Source: Candidatus Nomurabacteria bacterium
Lineage (GTDB): Bacteria > Patescibacteriota > WWE3 > UBA101185 > UBA10185
Reading direction: 5' to 3'
Length of the DNA stretch: 64,000 bases
Assembly (NCBI GenBank): GCA_020631855.1
Contig: JACKGU010000002.1
Span: 234,615 to 298,614 of the forward strand
In this document: positions 27,051 through 37,499 of the stretch, piece after piece
Numbering within the stretch: the first letter of the stretch is position 1
Layout: each line of letters begins with the position of its first letter
Program-made: the position numbers and the translations under genes
Notes under the pieces: model-generated
Database searches by the model: none
The model's input: only the letters and a program-made list of their open reading frames with translations
Told to the model about the DNA's origin: nothing

Positions 27051-28979
27051 ATGAAAAAATTATTTTTTTCACTTATCTTCTCCTGCATATTTTTAGGTGT
27101 TCTTTCGTTTAAGAATGTACATGCGCAAAACACCTCAATTCAAGAATTCGCACTTAAATTCAACACATCATACATTTTTGAAGAAACAGGCGAAACGTCA
27201 GTAAAACAAGAGATATCCATAATAAATATGCAAGACAGTGTAATACCAAAAACCTACACAATAATTGTTCGGGATATTGAGGTAGCGCAAGTTGAGGCAT
27301 TTGATCAAAACAAAGATGAATTGAAGACCGAAGTTGAAAAAGTCGGGCAGGAAAATAGAATAAAAATCGAACTAAAAAACTTTCTTATAGGAGAAGGGAA
27401 AGAGAATAAACTCATAGTTCAATACAAGACAACCAGCATGGCAGAAAAAATCGGCTCTATATGGCACATAAGTGTACCTAGGGTGAATCTTCCAAGTGAA
27501 ACAGCAGAATATCAAACTACTTTAGAGATTCCCTCTTCCTATGGTAAGGAGATATTTATATCGCCTGCACCGGAAAGCATTATATACAAAGAAAACAGCA
27601 CTTTATATAAATACTCACTAGCGCAATTGCAGAACTTTGGGATAGGAGGAACTTTTGGAAACACTCAGTTAATAAACTTCACACTGGTTTATAGTATAAA
27701 GAATGACTCCAAATTTGATACTAAAAAAAGTATCGTCATTCCCTCAGATATTATCGACGCGCAGCAGATAGCGATTGCTAGTATAGACCCGGAACCTAAA
27801 AGAGTAGCTCTGGATGAACACGGCAATTCTTATGGTGAATATAGCCTTAAATCAGGGGAGGAGCTTAATATTATACTCCAAGGAAGTGCCCAAATAATAA
27901 GTCGAAAACTTGATTTAACTCAAGGAGGTGCTTTTTCTGAAATCAGAAAAAGCACAAAAAAATACACTAAACAAAATGAGAACTGGCAAACAAAAGACAT
28001 GGAACTTTCCGAGACAGCGGAGCAGATTCTAAACACCTCGCAATCAGTTGTGAAGAACGCGTACGAGATTTATAAATACATTCTGACCAATATTTCATAT
28101 GAATACTCCGAAACCGAAATAAAACCACGAAAAGGAGCCGCTCTAACATTAAAAGAAGGGGAAGCAGGCACCGCCACTGACCTAAATGACCTTTTTATTG
28201 CTCTATGCCGTTCGGCAGGCATTCCGGCAAGAGAGGTTGTCGGCCTGGTGCTGACCTCGGATGCTAAAGGGGAAGCCCACACCGGACCACATACTTGGGC
28301 GGAAATATTTGACCCAAAACTTGGATGGGTTCAAGTAGATACGGCACTTGCAAAAACCACTTCGATAGACAGCTTTGCAAGGTTAAATGCGGATCACTTC
28401 GCGATAATAAGAAAAGACTATAATTTAAACCTCTCTCTTCCAAAGATGCCTAGCAATCTAAACCAAGGATATACCGAGCAAGCCTCTAAGATCTTTTTTG
28501 ATACTGAATCCGAGGTATCTACAAAAACTACAGAACCTATAAGAACTAAAGGCACGTTTGAACCGAATTTTGTTGTATACAAATCTATTCTCTTTAATCC
28601 TTTCACTTTAGGATCCGAGAGAATAGCTTATCTTTCAAACACAGGAAACGTGGCTCTGCATCCTTTAGATGTGATTTCCAAACAAAAAAACACGACCATC
28701 TTACAAAATCAGACCAAAACGATTTATATTAAAAAAGGATACTCAAGTATCACGCTTCGAGAGCCGACCGGGAAAATAATATCTTTGAGTTATGCACCAA
28801 AAGTCTCTTACGCGCTATTAGCTAAAGACCTGGTTGTCCTATTGCTTTTCTTAGCGCTTCCGCTGTGTATGATTTCTTATCTTTTAGTAAGTCTTGTAAA
28901 GAACCGGAAAAAACTACCTCGCCGCCCTTATCTCCTCCATCAGGTCCTAAATCTATTACCCACTCGGCGTTCGAAATAA
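27051..28979 (+). CDS. Secreted, membrane-anchored transglutaminase-like cysteine protease domain protein
   Basis: Signal peptide MKKLFFSLIFSCIFLGVLS. The core EAGTATDLNDLFIALCRSAGIPAREVVG...GPHTWAEIFDPKLGWVQVDT matches the transglutaminase Cys-His-Asp core. C-terminal TM segment LVVLLLFLALPLCMISYLLV. Start chosen at the ATG at 27051. Confidence 0.6.
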   Translation: MKKLFFSLIFSCIFLGVLSFKNVHAQNTSIQEFALKFNTSYIFEETGETSVKQEISIINMQDSVIPKTYTIIVRDIEVAQVEAFDQNKDELKTEVEKVGQENRIKIELKNFLIGEGKENKLIVQYKTTSMAEKIGSIWHISVPRVNLPSETAEYQTTLEIPSSYGKEIFISPAPESIIYKENSTLYKYSLAQLQNFGIGGTFGNTQLINFTLVYSIKNDSKFDTKKSIVIPSDIIDAQQIAIASIDPEPKRVALDEHGNSYGEYSLKSGEELNIILQGSAQIISRKLDLTQGGAFSEIRKSTKKYTKQNENWQTKDMELSETAEQILNTSQSVVKNAYEIYKYILTNISYEYSETEIKPRKGAALTLKEGEAGTATDLNDLFIALCRSAGIPAREVVGLVLTSDAKGEAHTGPHTWAEIFDPKLGWVQVDTALAKTTSIDSFARLNADHFAIIRKDYNLNLSLPKMPSNLNQGYTEQASKIFFDTESEVSTKTTEPIRTKGTFEPNFVVYKSILFNPFTLGSERIAYLSNTGNVALHPLDVISKQKNTTILQNQTKTIYIKKGYSSITLREPTGKIISLSYAPKVSYALLAKDLVVLLLFLALPLCMISYLLVSLVKNRKKLPRRPYLLHQVLNLLPTRRSK

Positions 28980-31791
28980 TGTCCAGATTATGTTCTATAA
29001 CTAAAATTGAATGTCCTCGGGATATGAGTATCTTCATAATACTTACAAGCCGTTCAAGATCTTTGAAGTGAAGTCCGGTAGTAGGCTCGTCGAGTATATA
29101 CAAAGTATTGCCGCGAGCCTTTTTTGAAAGCTCTAAGGATAATTTAACTCTCTGTGCCTCACCCCCGGAAAGTGTTGGCGCGGGCTGGCCCAGTTGGATA
29201 TAGCCGAGCCCAACATCATGTAAAACCTCTAGCCTTCGTCTAATTTGAGGAATATTTTTGAAAAACTCGTAAGCTTCTTCAACAGTCATCTCCAGAACTT
29301 CACTAATATTTTTTTCTTTATAATAGATCTCAAGAGCCTCGCGATTATACCTTCGTCCCTCGCAAACCTCGCAATTAACATACACGTCGGGCATGAATTG
29401 CATCTCAATTTTAATCTGGCCCTCACCTCTGCACGCTTCACACCTCCCACCTTTAACATTAAAGCTGAAACGTCCGGGCTTATATCCTCGAACCTTTGCT
29501 TCCGGAGTTTGAGCAAATAAATTTCTTATTTCGTCAAAAACTTTTGTATAAGTAGCAGGATTAGACTTAGGAGTTCTTCCGATGGGTGACTGGTCGATGG
29601 CTACTACCTTATCTATGTTCTCCTGCCCGGATAGTGTTTTAAAGGTTTCCGGCCTTTCCTCAACCTTAAGTCCGTAGTATTGCCTTAGCGCAGTGTACAA
29701 AGTGTCCATAATTAGAGTCGATTTCCCAGACCCTGACACACCGGTAACACAAACAAACTTATTTAATGGGATTTCAAAATCAATATTTTTTAGATTTCTA
29801 CCCGATGCTCCTTTCAAACTTAAAGTTTTATATTTTTTCTCAACTGCCTCCTCTGTACCACTAAGATTATGGATTTTTGTCTGCCCAACTTTCTTCTTAC
29901 CTGAGATATAGGCTCCGGTTATTGAGTTTTTATTTTTCATGATCTCTTCGGGCGTACCATAAGCAATAACCTCGCCTCCTCTCGATCCCGCTCCAGGACC
30001 AAAATCGATAATATAATCACTATTCAGCATTGTGTCCGTGTCGTGTTCAACAACTAAAACTGTGTTACCAAGATCTCTTAAGTGTTTCAGGGTCTTAATA
30101 AGTTTTCCTTGATCACGTGCGTGTAAGCCAATGGAAGGCTCGTCAAGTACATACAGCACGCCGGAAAGCCCTGTACCTATTTGGGAAGCAAGACGAATCC
30201 TCTGAGCCTCCCCTCCCGACAAATGTGCAGAAGACCGACTCAATGTCAGATACCCCAAGCCTACGTCCAAAAGGAATTTAATCCTGTAGTTTATTTCTTT
30301 TAAAATTGGCTGTGAAATTTTTCTCTCCCGCTCATTAAATTTGGACTCGAGTTGTTTTGTCCAGCCCGAGAAATCTTTTATCGACATGTCTGAGGCGTTC
30401 GCAATATTTTTACCATCAATAACGATAGAGAGAATCTCATCTTTTAATCTTGTGCCTTTGCAATTTGGGCATGGTTCTTTAACCATATACTTTTCTATCT
30501 CATTTCTAATAAAATCCGAGGAGGTTTCTTTATGTCTCCTTATTAAATTAGGAATGACCCCTTCGTATCGAGCCTGAAAGGTGCCTGAGTCATTATTTTT
30601 GGTTCTATAGTTTACAGTAAATTTACGTTCTTCTTTTGGTCCAAAAAGAACAAGCTCCAGAATATCTTTAGGTAAATCTTTTATTGGCGTGTTGAGAGAA
30701 AAATTATAAGCTTCGGCAACTGATTTAATGACCATAGAGGTCCAGGAATTATGCTCGAATAGTTTTGTCCAGGGAAATATTCCTCCCTCTGCGATAGAGA
30801 GATTGCCGTTTAATACAGATTTTTCATCAACACTTAGCTGAGTTCCTAAACCGTCGCACGAAGGACACGCACCATGCGGAGAGTTAAAAGAAAAACTTCT
30901 TGGCTCAATTTCGGGCAAAGATATATTACAGTGGGGGCAAGCAAAATTTTCAGAAAATAAATGGTCTTCATATTCTTTCGGCTGCTCGGGGAAATCAAAA
31001 GAACTATCTTTAACGATTGAGAGTTCAACCAAACCATTTGCGAGCCTCAGCGCAGTCTCAAGAGTTTGATGAAGGCGACTTTGAAAATCTTTTTTCTGTT
31101 CAGCTGTACTCAAACGTTCTTTATTGATAATGTTTCTCAAAACCACAGCTTCAATAGAATGCTTATTTGTCTTAATTAAATGAATATCCGAACTAAGGTC
31201 ATATAAGGTATTATCGATTCTAGCTTTAGACAAACCTTGCTTTTTCAAATTTGCAAACAAAGAGTTGAACTCTCCTTTGCGATCTTTAACAACAGGGGCA
31301 AAGATAAAATATCTAACACCCTTTGAAGTTTTAAAGTCTTTGTCGGAAGATAATATATCTACTATTTGAGTAGAAATTTGATCAATGCTCTGCCTGCTTA
31401 TTTCACGGCTACAAGAAGGGCAATGAGGGTGGCCGACACGAGCGTACAACAAACGCATAAAGTCATATACTTCGGTTATGGTACCTACAGTAGATCTTGG
31501 ATTCTTAGAGGTTGTCTTTTGATCAATTGCAATTGCAGGAGACAAGCCTTCAATACTGTCCAGGTCAGGCTTTCCCATAACCCCCAAGAACTGTCTGGCA
31601 TAGGCCGATAGGCTTTCGACATATCTCCTCTGCCCTTCAGCATAAATTGTGTCCATGGCCATAGAAGACTTACCGGAACCAGAAACACCGGTAAATACTA
31701 CTAACTTATTTTTAGGAACGCTGAGATCGATATTTTTTAGATTGTGTTCTCGGGCACCTCTAACAATAATGCTATCTAGAGCTGAAGACAT
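28822..31791 (-). CDS. uvrA: Excinuclease ABC subunit A
   Basis: The N-terminus MSSALDSIIVRGAREHNLKNIDL and two ABC modules (GVSGSGKSS / GVSGSGKST) with zinc-finger Cys pairs identify UvrA. The true ATG is at 31789-31791; the tracked ORF extends two codons further to 31797. Confidence 0.9.
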   Translation of the reverse strand: MSSALDSIIVRGAREHNLKNIDLSVPKNKLVVFTGVSGSGKSSMAMDTIYAEGQRRYVESLSAYARQFLGVMGKPDLDSIEGLSPAIAIDQKTTSKNPRSTVGTITEVYDFMRLLYARVGHPHCPSCSREISRQSIDQISTQIVDILSSDKDFKTSKGVRYFIFAPVVKDRKGEFNSLFANLKKQGLSKARIDNTLYDLSSDIHLIKTNKHSIEAVVLRNIINKERLSTAEQKKDFQSRLHQTLETALRLANGLVELSIVKDSSFDFPEQPKEYEDHLFSENFACPHCNISLPEIEPRSFSFNSPHGACPSCDGLGTQLSVDEKSVLNGNLSIAEGGIFPWTKLFEHNSWTSMVIKSVAEAYNFSLNTPIKDLPKDILELVLFGPKEERKFTVNYRTKNNDSGTFQARYEGVIPNLIRRHKETSSDFIRNEIEKYMVKEPCPNCKGTRLKDEILSIVIDGKNIANASDMSIKDFSGWTKQLESKFNERERKISQPILKEINYRIKFLLDVGLGYLTLSRSSAHLSGGEAQRIRLASQIGTGLSGVLYVLDEPSIGLHARDQGKLIKTLKHLRDLGNTVLVVEHDTDTMLNSDYIIDFGPGAGSRGGEVIAYGTPEEIMKNKNSITGAYISGKKKVGQTKIHNLSGTEEAVEKKYKTLSLKGASGRNLKNIDFEIPLNKFVCVTGVSGSGKSTLIMDTLYTALRQYYGLKVEERPETFKTLSGQENIDKVVAIDQSPIGRTPKSNPATYTKVFDEIRNLFAQTPEAKVRGYKPGRFSFNVKGGRCEACRGEGQIKIEMQFMPDVYVNCEVCEGRRYNREALEIYYKEKNISEVLEMTVEEAYEFFKNIPQIRRRLEVLHDVGLGYIQLGQPAPTLSGGEAQRVKLSLELSKKARGNTLYILDEPTTGLHFKDLERLVSIMKILISRGHSILVIEHNLDIISNAEWVIDLGPDGGDKGGEVVFSGSLQDLLKDKKSYTAEALRKAIGQPGL

Positions 31792-31799
31792 ACCCAAAG

Positions 31800-31828
31800 A
31801 TTATACGAAACAATTGAGTGTATTTCAA
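31800..31828 (-). promoter_or_regulatory. uvrA promoter TTGAAA-N17-TATAAT, 8 nt from the ATG, overlapped by an 18-bp palindrome
   Basis: The minus strand reads TTGAAAtacactcaattgtttcgTATAATctttgggtATG. The palindrome GAGTGtatttcaaCACTC (31816-31833) overlaps the -35. Confidence 0.45.
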
Positions 31829-31851
31829 CACTCTGTATTTTGAGTTTTACA

Positions 31852-32071
31852 ATGAAGAGACTACGGACATAAGTCCGTAGCCTCGCCCCTACTGCTCCAC
31901 GCATAAACTTTCACCGCGAACTAAAGCAAGGGGCCTTCCCGCTGCAGAAATCAACCACCGCCAGCTTACGCTGGCGGTTTAATGTAATTTCTTTGCACTG
32001 CAAAACCCAAAATGTTGGGCAAACTAAATCTACTAGCCCACGTAAATAGGTTTGAGTAACGAAATTATAAA
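31852..32071 (+). repeat. Copy R4: full-length bipartite element (5' module plus 3' module)
   Basis: ATGAAGagactacggacataagtccgtag...gaactaaagcaaggggccttcccgctgcagaaatcaaccaccgccagcttacgctggcggttt|aatgtaatttctttgcactgcaaaacccaaaatgttgggcaaactaaatctactagcccacgtaaataggtttgagtaacgaaattataaa. It lies between the uvrA 5' end and the 3' end of a LysM gene. Confidence 0.7.
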
Positions 32072-32170
32072 GTTGAGAACGGGTACGAGACAAAAAATAT
32101 ACCCCTTGGGCAGGGGTATAGGGGTAACGTAATAACAACCTAGTGTTATTATTCTATTGCAATATAATAA

Positions 32171-32626
32171 TTACTCACAAACTACTTTTAGCACTTGACC
32201 TTCAGCGACCTCTGAATAAATGGTCATGCCATTAGCTTCAGCCAGTTTGTTATATTTTTCACCTGCACCACACACTCTCTTAGCAACGTGCCACAAACCT
32301 TCACCTTTCTGTACTACAGTCTCGCCTTCTCCAGCTTCGACCTTTGCCATTGTTGTGTCAGTTGTTGTTTCATCAACCATAGACTCTTCGCCGGCTGTAA
32401 CTTCGGTGGCTTCATTCTCTATCATAATTTCGGAATCGGTAAGATCGCTTAAATCTATTGGGGTGTTGCCTTTTGAGAAATAGGAAACACTAAAAACAAC
32501 CACAAGAGCGAATATTACTACTCCTGTTACTAAATGCCTCCATTCAGCGTTAGGGATATCTTTTTTAACCTGTGCAAAAGAAGTCATTATTTTTTTCTTT
32601 GTATCGTTAAAATTAACTTTTTTCAT
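32171..32626 (-). CDS. Membrane-anchored LysM-domain protein
   Basis: One TM segment (VVIFALVVVFSVSYF), an acidic linker, and a C-terminal LysM (GEGLWHVAKRVCGAGEKYNKLAEANGMTIYSEVAEGQVLKV). Confidence 0.55.
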   Translation of the reverse strand: MKKVNFNDTKKKIMTSFAQVKKDIPNAEWRHLVTGVVIFALVVVFSVSYFSKGNTPIDLSDLTDSEIMIENEATEVTAGEESMVDETTTDTTMAKVEAGEGETVVQKGEGLWHVAKRVCGAGEKYNKLAEANGMTIYSEVAEGQVLKVVCE

Positions 32627-32768
32627 TAGTACTCACCTCCTTAATTTACTATAATAATATATGATTTTCTTTAATATTCAAGATTTAAACTCGACCATAA
32701 AAGTTTATACACCAAAATCGATTGTAATAATCAAAGATCGGTTATTAAAAACGCTTTTAAGATAAAAG

Positions 32769-35288
32769 CTAATCTTTTTTGTTTTCTTTATCCTTATCTT
32801 TATCAGAATCTTTTTCTTTAGGAGCTGGGCAAATTCTAGAAGGTATCGGGTTTTTTTCATCAAACACCTCTATTGCTCCGCAACTTGGGTCCGTTTTAAC
32901 TACTATTCCGTCAGGTATAATGAAAGGTTCATCAGGAATATCTTTTAAAACCGAGCCCATAACCCTATTCCATATAGGTGCTGCCCCGCTAAGGCCTGAT
33001 GCAAGGTTGCGGTTCATGGCCCGATTATCATTATTTCCGACCCAAACTCCTACAGCATAGGTCGGAGTATAGCCGATGGTCCAGTTGTCTCTAATATCAT
33101 TCGTTGTTCCGGTTTTAACTGAAACTACATGCCCGGGAACAACTAGCTGACTTCTAGGGCCAAAAGCAGGAGTACGAGCGTTATTGTCAGATAAAATGTT
33201 TGAAATTATATATGATGTTTGCGGGGACAAAACCTGCTTCTCGTAATTTCTTGTAATATTATAGATCTCAAATCCGTTTGAATCTTTTATAGAGGCGAAG
33301 GGGCTTATGGGCCTTTGTCGCCCGCTTCTGGCAAAAGTAGAGAATGCGCCAACTAGGTCTACCAGACGCACTTCCTTGCCTCCCAAAGTTACGGCTAAGC
33401 CATATGTATTATCTACCTTCCAGTTGCTTAAACCCATATCGTGCCCAAGTTGAACCATATTATCTGGGCCCAGCTGACTAACTAGTTTTACTGCCGGTAT
33501 ATTATAAGAATTAGCCAAGGCGGTACGCAAAGTCACAACCCCGTGATATGTGTTGTCATAGTTCTTTGGAGAATATTTTTGACCGTATGACTGATACGTT
33601 ATTGGGGCATCCACAACAGTGCTTGCAGCCGTCATGCCATTTTCAAGGGCCAAAGCATATGTAATCGGCTTAACAGAGGATCCGGGCTGTCGATAGGCTG
33701 TAGCGACATCAAACTTACCATCGCTTCCTAAAAAGTAATCATACGAGCCGACATGTGCCAGTATCCCGCCTGTGCGAACGTCGACCACTACGGCCGCAGC
33801 ATTTGAAAAGCCGAAACGTGCCCCGGCATCAACTTCTTCTCTAACTATTTCTTGAACTTGATCTTGAAGATCAAGATCAAGAGTTGTGGTTACAGATAAA
33901 CCTCCGAAGTCAACCATGCGCTGCCCAAATATTTCATAGAGTGACTTTCTGACAAACTCTACAAAATGTGGAGCCCTAATGTATTCTTGCTGTGAGGCAA
34001 AAACAAGCTCTTGGGCGTAGGCGACCTCCGCATCGGCACTTCTAATAAACCCCAGCTCTACCATCCTATCTAGTACTTGTTTTTGCCTTTCTTTAGCCAA
34101 ATCGTAATTTCCGGAAACCGGAGAGTAAACAGACGGAGCTGAAGGCAAGCCTGCAAGCAGGCTTGCCTCAGCCAAGTCAAGATCAGAAACATCTTTGCCA
34201 AAATATTTGTTCGCTGCAGCCTGCACCCCATAAGCCGTGCCCCCATAGGGAATATTGTTTAGGTAAAATTCAAGTATTTCATTCTTTGAATACTTCTGTT
34301 CAACAAGAATGGACAATACCAACTCTTTAACTTTTCTTGAAATTGTTCTTTCGGGAGTTAATAAAACATTTTTAACCAGCTGTTGGGTAATTGTGGAAGC
34401 TCCCTGGAGATCGTCTTCAAGTAAGGTGGCCTTTGCGGCCCTCACTATACTGGTTACTCTAAATCCGTGGTGGCTATAAAACTCAGAATCCTCTATAGCT
34501 AATGTGGAATCAATTACAACTTGAGGAATATCTTCAAGTCTCACGGGGGCATAGTTTTTATCTACATAAATTTCGTATAACAGACGGCCCTTACGATCTA
34601 ATATGCGCGTCGAGCTATTATACGCCCGCTGCTCCAGTAAAACAGGCTGAGGAAGTTGCTTATACCATAAATAAGTCATTGCTGGAGCAACAATAAACAA
34701 AAGCACAAATAGTCCTCCATAGAAAAATGTTGCGAACGGGCTTAGAAGAAATTTTCTCAAAGCAGTACGTTTTGGGTGACTGACTTTAACACTCTTCTTT
34801 TTCAGACTCTTGTCGAGGGGGATATTCTTGGAACCTGCGGGCTCTTTTTTAGTTTTAGCAGCCTGAGTCGGCTTATTTGTTTTTGAGGATCTTTTAGATT
34901 TATGTTTTGTGAACAGTATTTTACCAACAATTCTAGAAAAAGAAGCTTTTACAAAAATGCTTCTGTACCTGCTAAGTTCTGAACGTGCGGGCCCAAGCAG
35001 ATCTGCACGAAAAGAAAAAACAACTATCCTTGTTATTGTGCGACGGACACGGCCAAAGACAGAGAATATCAAAAATAAAGGCTTGGTTAGGGTCTTAGGT
35101 ATTGATATAAAGTTTTTAGCTGTTTTTAATGAGGTTTTTTTTATCGAGTTAAAAATCTTAGCGATAAAACAAATCGATCTTTCAATAGGCCATAGAAAAA
35201 CGTAACCAATAATAACCAAAAGTTCGATGATTCCAATTAGTATATGAGTTATTAAGTCGGTTTTTTCTATTTTTTCTTTTTTGGCCAT
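32769..35288 (-). CDS. Class A penicillin-binding protein (bifunctional GT51 transglycosylase / transpeptidase) with a long N-terminal membrane extension
   Basis: EDSEFYSHHGF and GASTITQQLVKN are GT51 motifs. The downstream transpeptidase region carries SxxK-like (PGSSVKP) and KTGT motifs. 839 aa. Confidence 0.8.
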   Translation of the reverse strand: MAKKEKIEKTDLITHILIGIIELLVIIGYVFLWPIERSICFIAKIFNSIKKTSLKTAKNFISIPKTLTKPLFLIFSVFGRVRRTITRIVVFSFRADLLGPARSELSRYRSIFVKASFSRIVGKILFTKHKSKRSSKTNKPTQAAKTKKEPAGSKNIPLDKSLKKKSVKVSHPKRTALRKFLLSPFATFFYGGLFVLLFIVAPAMTYLWYKQLPQPVLLEQRAYNSSTRILDRKGRLLYEIYVDKNYAPVRLEDIPQVVIDSTLAIEDSEFYSHHGFRVTSIVRAAKATLLEDDLQGASTITQQLVKNVLLTPERTISRKVKELVLSILVEQKYSKNEILEFYLNNIPYGGTAYGVQAAANKYFGKDVSDLDLAEASLLAGLPSAPSVYSPVSGNYDLAKERQKQVLDRMVELGFIRSADAEVAYAQELVFASQQEYIRAPHFVEFVRKSLYEIFGQRMVDFGGLSVTTTLDLDLQDQVQEIVREEVDAGARFGFSNAAAVVVDVRTGGILAHVGSYDYFLGSDGKFDVATAYRQPGSSVKPITYALALENGMTAASTVVDAPITYQSYGQKYSPKNYDNTYHGVVTLRTALANSYNIPAVKLVSQLGPDNMVQLGHDMGLSNWKVDNTYGLAVTLGGKEVRLVDLVGAFSTFARSGRQRPISPFASIKDSNGFEIYNITRNYEKQVLSPQTSYIISNILSDNNARTPAFGPRSQLVVPGHVVSVKTGTTNDIRDNWTIGYTPTYAVGVWVGNNDNRAMNRNLASGLSGAAPIWNRVMGSVLKDIPDEPFIIPDGIVVKTDPSCGAIEVFDEKNPIPSRICPAPKEKDSDKDKDKENKKD

Positions 35289-35378
35289 TAAGTACCTGTC
35301 CTGTAACTTGTACCGGTATTACTGCTTAAATTAATCATCTTAAGATGGTACTCGCGTATTATAAATTGCAACTACAGG

Positions 35379-37454
35379 TTATGTCAAATTAGCCTGTTTT
35401 TTTATCTTTCGTATTTGGTCACGAATGACAGCCGCCTTTTCAAAATTTAAGCTATCGGCCTCGTACTGCATCTCTTTTGTGAGTTTTAAAAGCTCTTTTT
35501 TTAAGAATTTTGGTGGCAGTTGTAAATAATCAATATCCGATAGCGTTTTTTTTCTGTCTGACTCTGTAACATCTATGACCTCTTCGTATAGCTTTGCCCT
35601 TATTGGCTTTGAGATTGAAACAGGCGTGATGTTATGCTCAATATTATATTTTTCTTGGATGGCCCTTCTTCTGTTTACTTCTCCGATAGCACGCTCCATG
35701 CTTTTCGTGACATTATCTGCATACATCACTACCTCACCGTTTATATGCCTTGCGGCACGGCCCATGGTCTGAATCAGTGCGCTTTCTGATCTCAAAAAAC
35801 CTTCTTTATCAGCATCTAATATTGCCACCAAAGAAACTTCCGGCAAGTCCAAACCTTCTCGTAATAAGTTGATACCAACTAAAACATCGTAATTACCCTT
35901 TCGTAGGTCGTCTAAAATGTTGGATCTTTCCAAAGTCTCAATATCCGAATGTAAGTATGTTACTTTTATGCCTTTATCAACGAGGTAGGTTGCCAACTCT
36001 TCAGCCATCCTCTTAGTTAAAGTTGTAACTAAAACTCTTTCTCCTAAAGAAGTTTTTTCTAGTATCCTACTAAATAGATCTTCGATCTGCCCTTCTGTGT
36101 TCAAAACAGTGATTCTGGGATCAATCAATCCGGTGGGCCTAATAATTTGCTCTACTATTCTATCCTTAGATGCCTCAATCTCCCAAGCGGACGGCGTTGC
36201 ACTTGTATATACTGTATACCCCATACGCTCGCGAAACTCGTCAAAGTTTAGAGGTCGGTTATCGAATGCTGAAGGCAATCTAAAACCGTAATCAATTAAG
36301 TTTTTCTTCCTTGCATAATCCCCATTGTACATACCACGTACCTGAGGAATTGTGATGTGAGACTCATCAACAACAAGTAAATAGTCTTTGGGGAAAAAGT
36401 CCAACAAAGTATAGGGGGCATCCCCCGGGCCCCGACCATCAAAATATCTTGAGTAATTCTCTATTCCTTTACAATAGCCAATCTCCCGTATCATCTCTAA
36501 ATCATACATGGTCTTTTGTTCTAACCTATAAGCCTCGATGGCCTTTCCTTCCGCTTTCAAGAAAGCTACGCGTTTCTTTAGGTCGAGCTCAATTTCCTCA
36601 TAGGCTTTTTCTCGTCGCTCCTCTGCGGTAACGTAATGTTTAGCAGGGTAAATCATCAAAAAGTCTCCTTCTTTAGCTCTATGACTATTAAAATCAGATT
36701 CATCTTGCGTAATACTCTTGGTATGGCTTCCCCTTCTCTCAGAAACCAGCTGAGACCTGTCTATCGGATCCCCCGTGAGAGGATTGAATCTGGTTATACT
36801 CTCAACACGATCGTCAAATAATTCAACCCTAACTCCTACTTCCTCGTAAGCCGGGTAGATATCGACAGTGCTACCTCTAATTCTGTAAGTGCCTCTTTTA
36901 AACTCGAACTCATTTCTTTCATAAAAGATTTGATTAAGTCTAAGTAATAAATCCTCTAATCTGATCTTCATTCCTTGCTTGAGTTCAATTGCGACCTTGG
37001 AATATTCAGCTGGAGAACCAAGGTTGTATATGCAAGAGACGGAGGCTACAACGATAACGTCTTTTCTGGTCATTAAAGACATGGTTGCTGAGAGCCTCAT
37101 TCTATCTATGTTTTCATTTATGTCAGCGTCTTTTTCTATATACGTGTCCGTACGAGGAATGTAGCTTTCAGGCTGATAGTAGTCATAGTAGCTTACAAAA
37201 TATTCAACTGCATTTTCAGGAAAAAAATCTTTAAATTCTTGGTAAAGCTGCCCAGCAAGAGTTTTATTATGCGAAAGTATAAGTGTGGGACGTTGAATCT
37301 CTTGAATAATGTTTGCAACAGTGAAAGTCTTGCCGCTTCCGGTCACTCCCAATAAAACCTGATCTCGGCAACCTTCCTCAAGCCCGCCAAGCAAAAAATC
37401 TATTGCTTTTGGCTGATCCCCTGAGGGCTTGTAGGATGAATTCAGCTTAAACAT
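35379..37454 (-). CDS. uvrB: Excinuclease ABC subunit B
   Basis: GVTGSGKTFTVANII is the Walker A motif. Helicase motifs and a C-terminal UVR domain (EMQYEADSLNFEKAAVIRDQIRKIK) are present. Confidence 0.9.
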   Translation of the reverse strand: MFKLNSSYKPSGDQPKAIDFLLGGLEEGCRDQVLLGVTGSGKTFTVANIIQEIQRPTLILSHNKTLAGQLYQEFKDFFPENAVEYFVSYYDYYQPESYIPRTDTYIEKDADINENIDRMRLSATMSLMTRKDVIVVASVSCIYNLGSPAEYSKVAIELKQGMKIRLEDLLLRLNQIFYERNEFEFKRGTYRIRGSTVDIYPAYEEVGVRVELFDDRVESITRFNPLTGDPIDRSQLVSERRGSHTKSITQDESDFNSHRAKEGDFLMIYPAKHYVTAEERREKAYEEIELDLKKRVAFLKAEGKAIEAYRLEQKTMYDLEMIREIGYCKGIENYSRYFDGRGPGDAPYTLLDFFPKDYLLVVDESHITIPQVRGMYNGDYARKKNLIDYGFRLPSAFDNRPLNFDEFRERMGYTVYTSATPSAWEIEASKDRIVEQIIRPTGLIDPRITVLNTEGQIEDLFSRILEKTSLGERVLVTTLTKRMAEELATYLVDKGIKVTYLHSDIETLERSNILDDLRKGNYDVLVGINLLREGLDLPEVSLVAILDADKEGFLRSESALIQTMGRAARHINGEVVMYADNVTKSMERAIGEVNRRRAIQEKYNIEHNITPVSISKPIRAKLYEEVIDVTESDRKKTLSDIDYLQLPPKFLKKELLKLTKEMQYEADSLNFEKAAVIRDQIRKIKKQANLT

Positions 37455-37464
37455 AGAACAAATT

Positions 37465-37478
37465 ATAACATATGTTCG
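37465..37478. promoter_or_regulatory. Candidate LexA (Cheo-type) box overlapping the uvrB -10 element
   Basis: The plus strand reads ATAACATATGTTCG; the minus strand reads CGAACATATGTTAT, a 12/14 match to the Cheo consensus CGAACATATGTTCG with the perfect 10-bp palindrome AACATATGTT. It overlaps the uvrB -10 TATAAT (37462-37467; ATG 7 nt downstream) and lies 21 nt upstream of the lexA -35. Confidence 0.5.
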
Positions 37479-37499
37479 GGTAATTTTTGGGCAAGTTTC

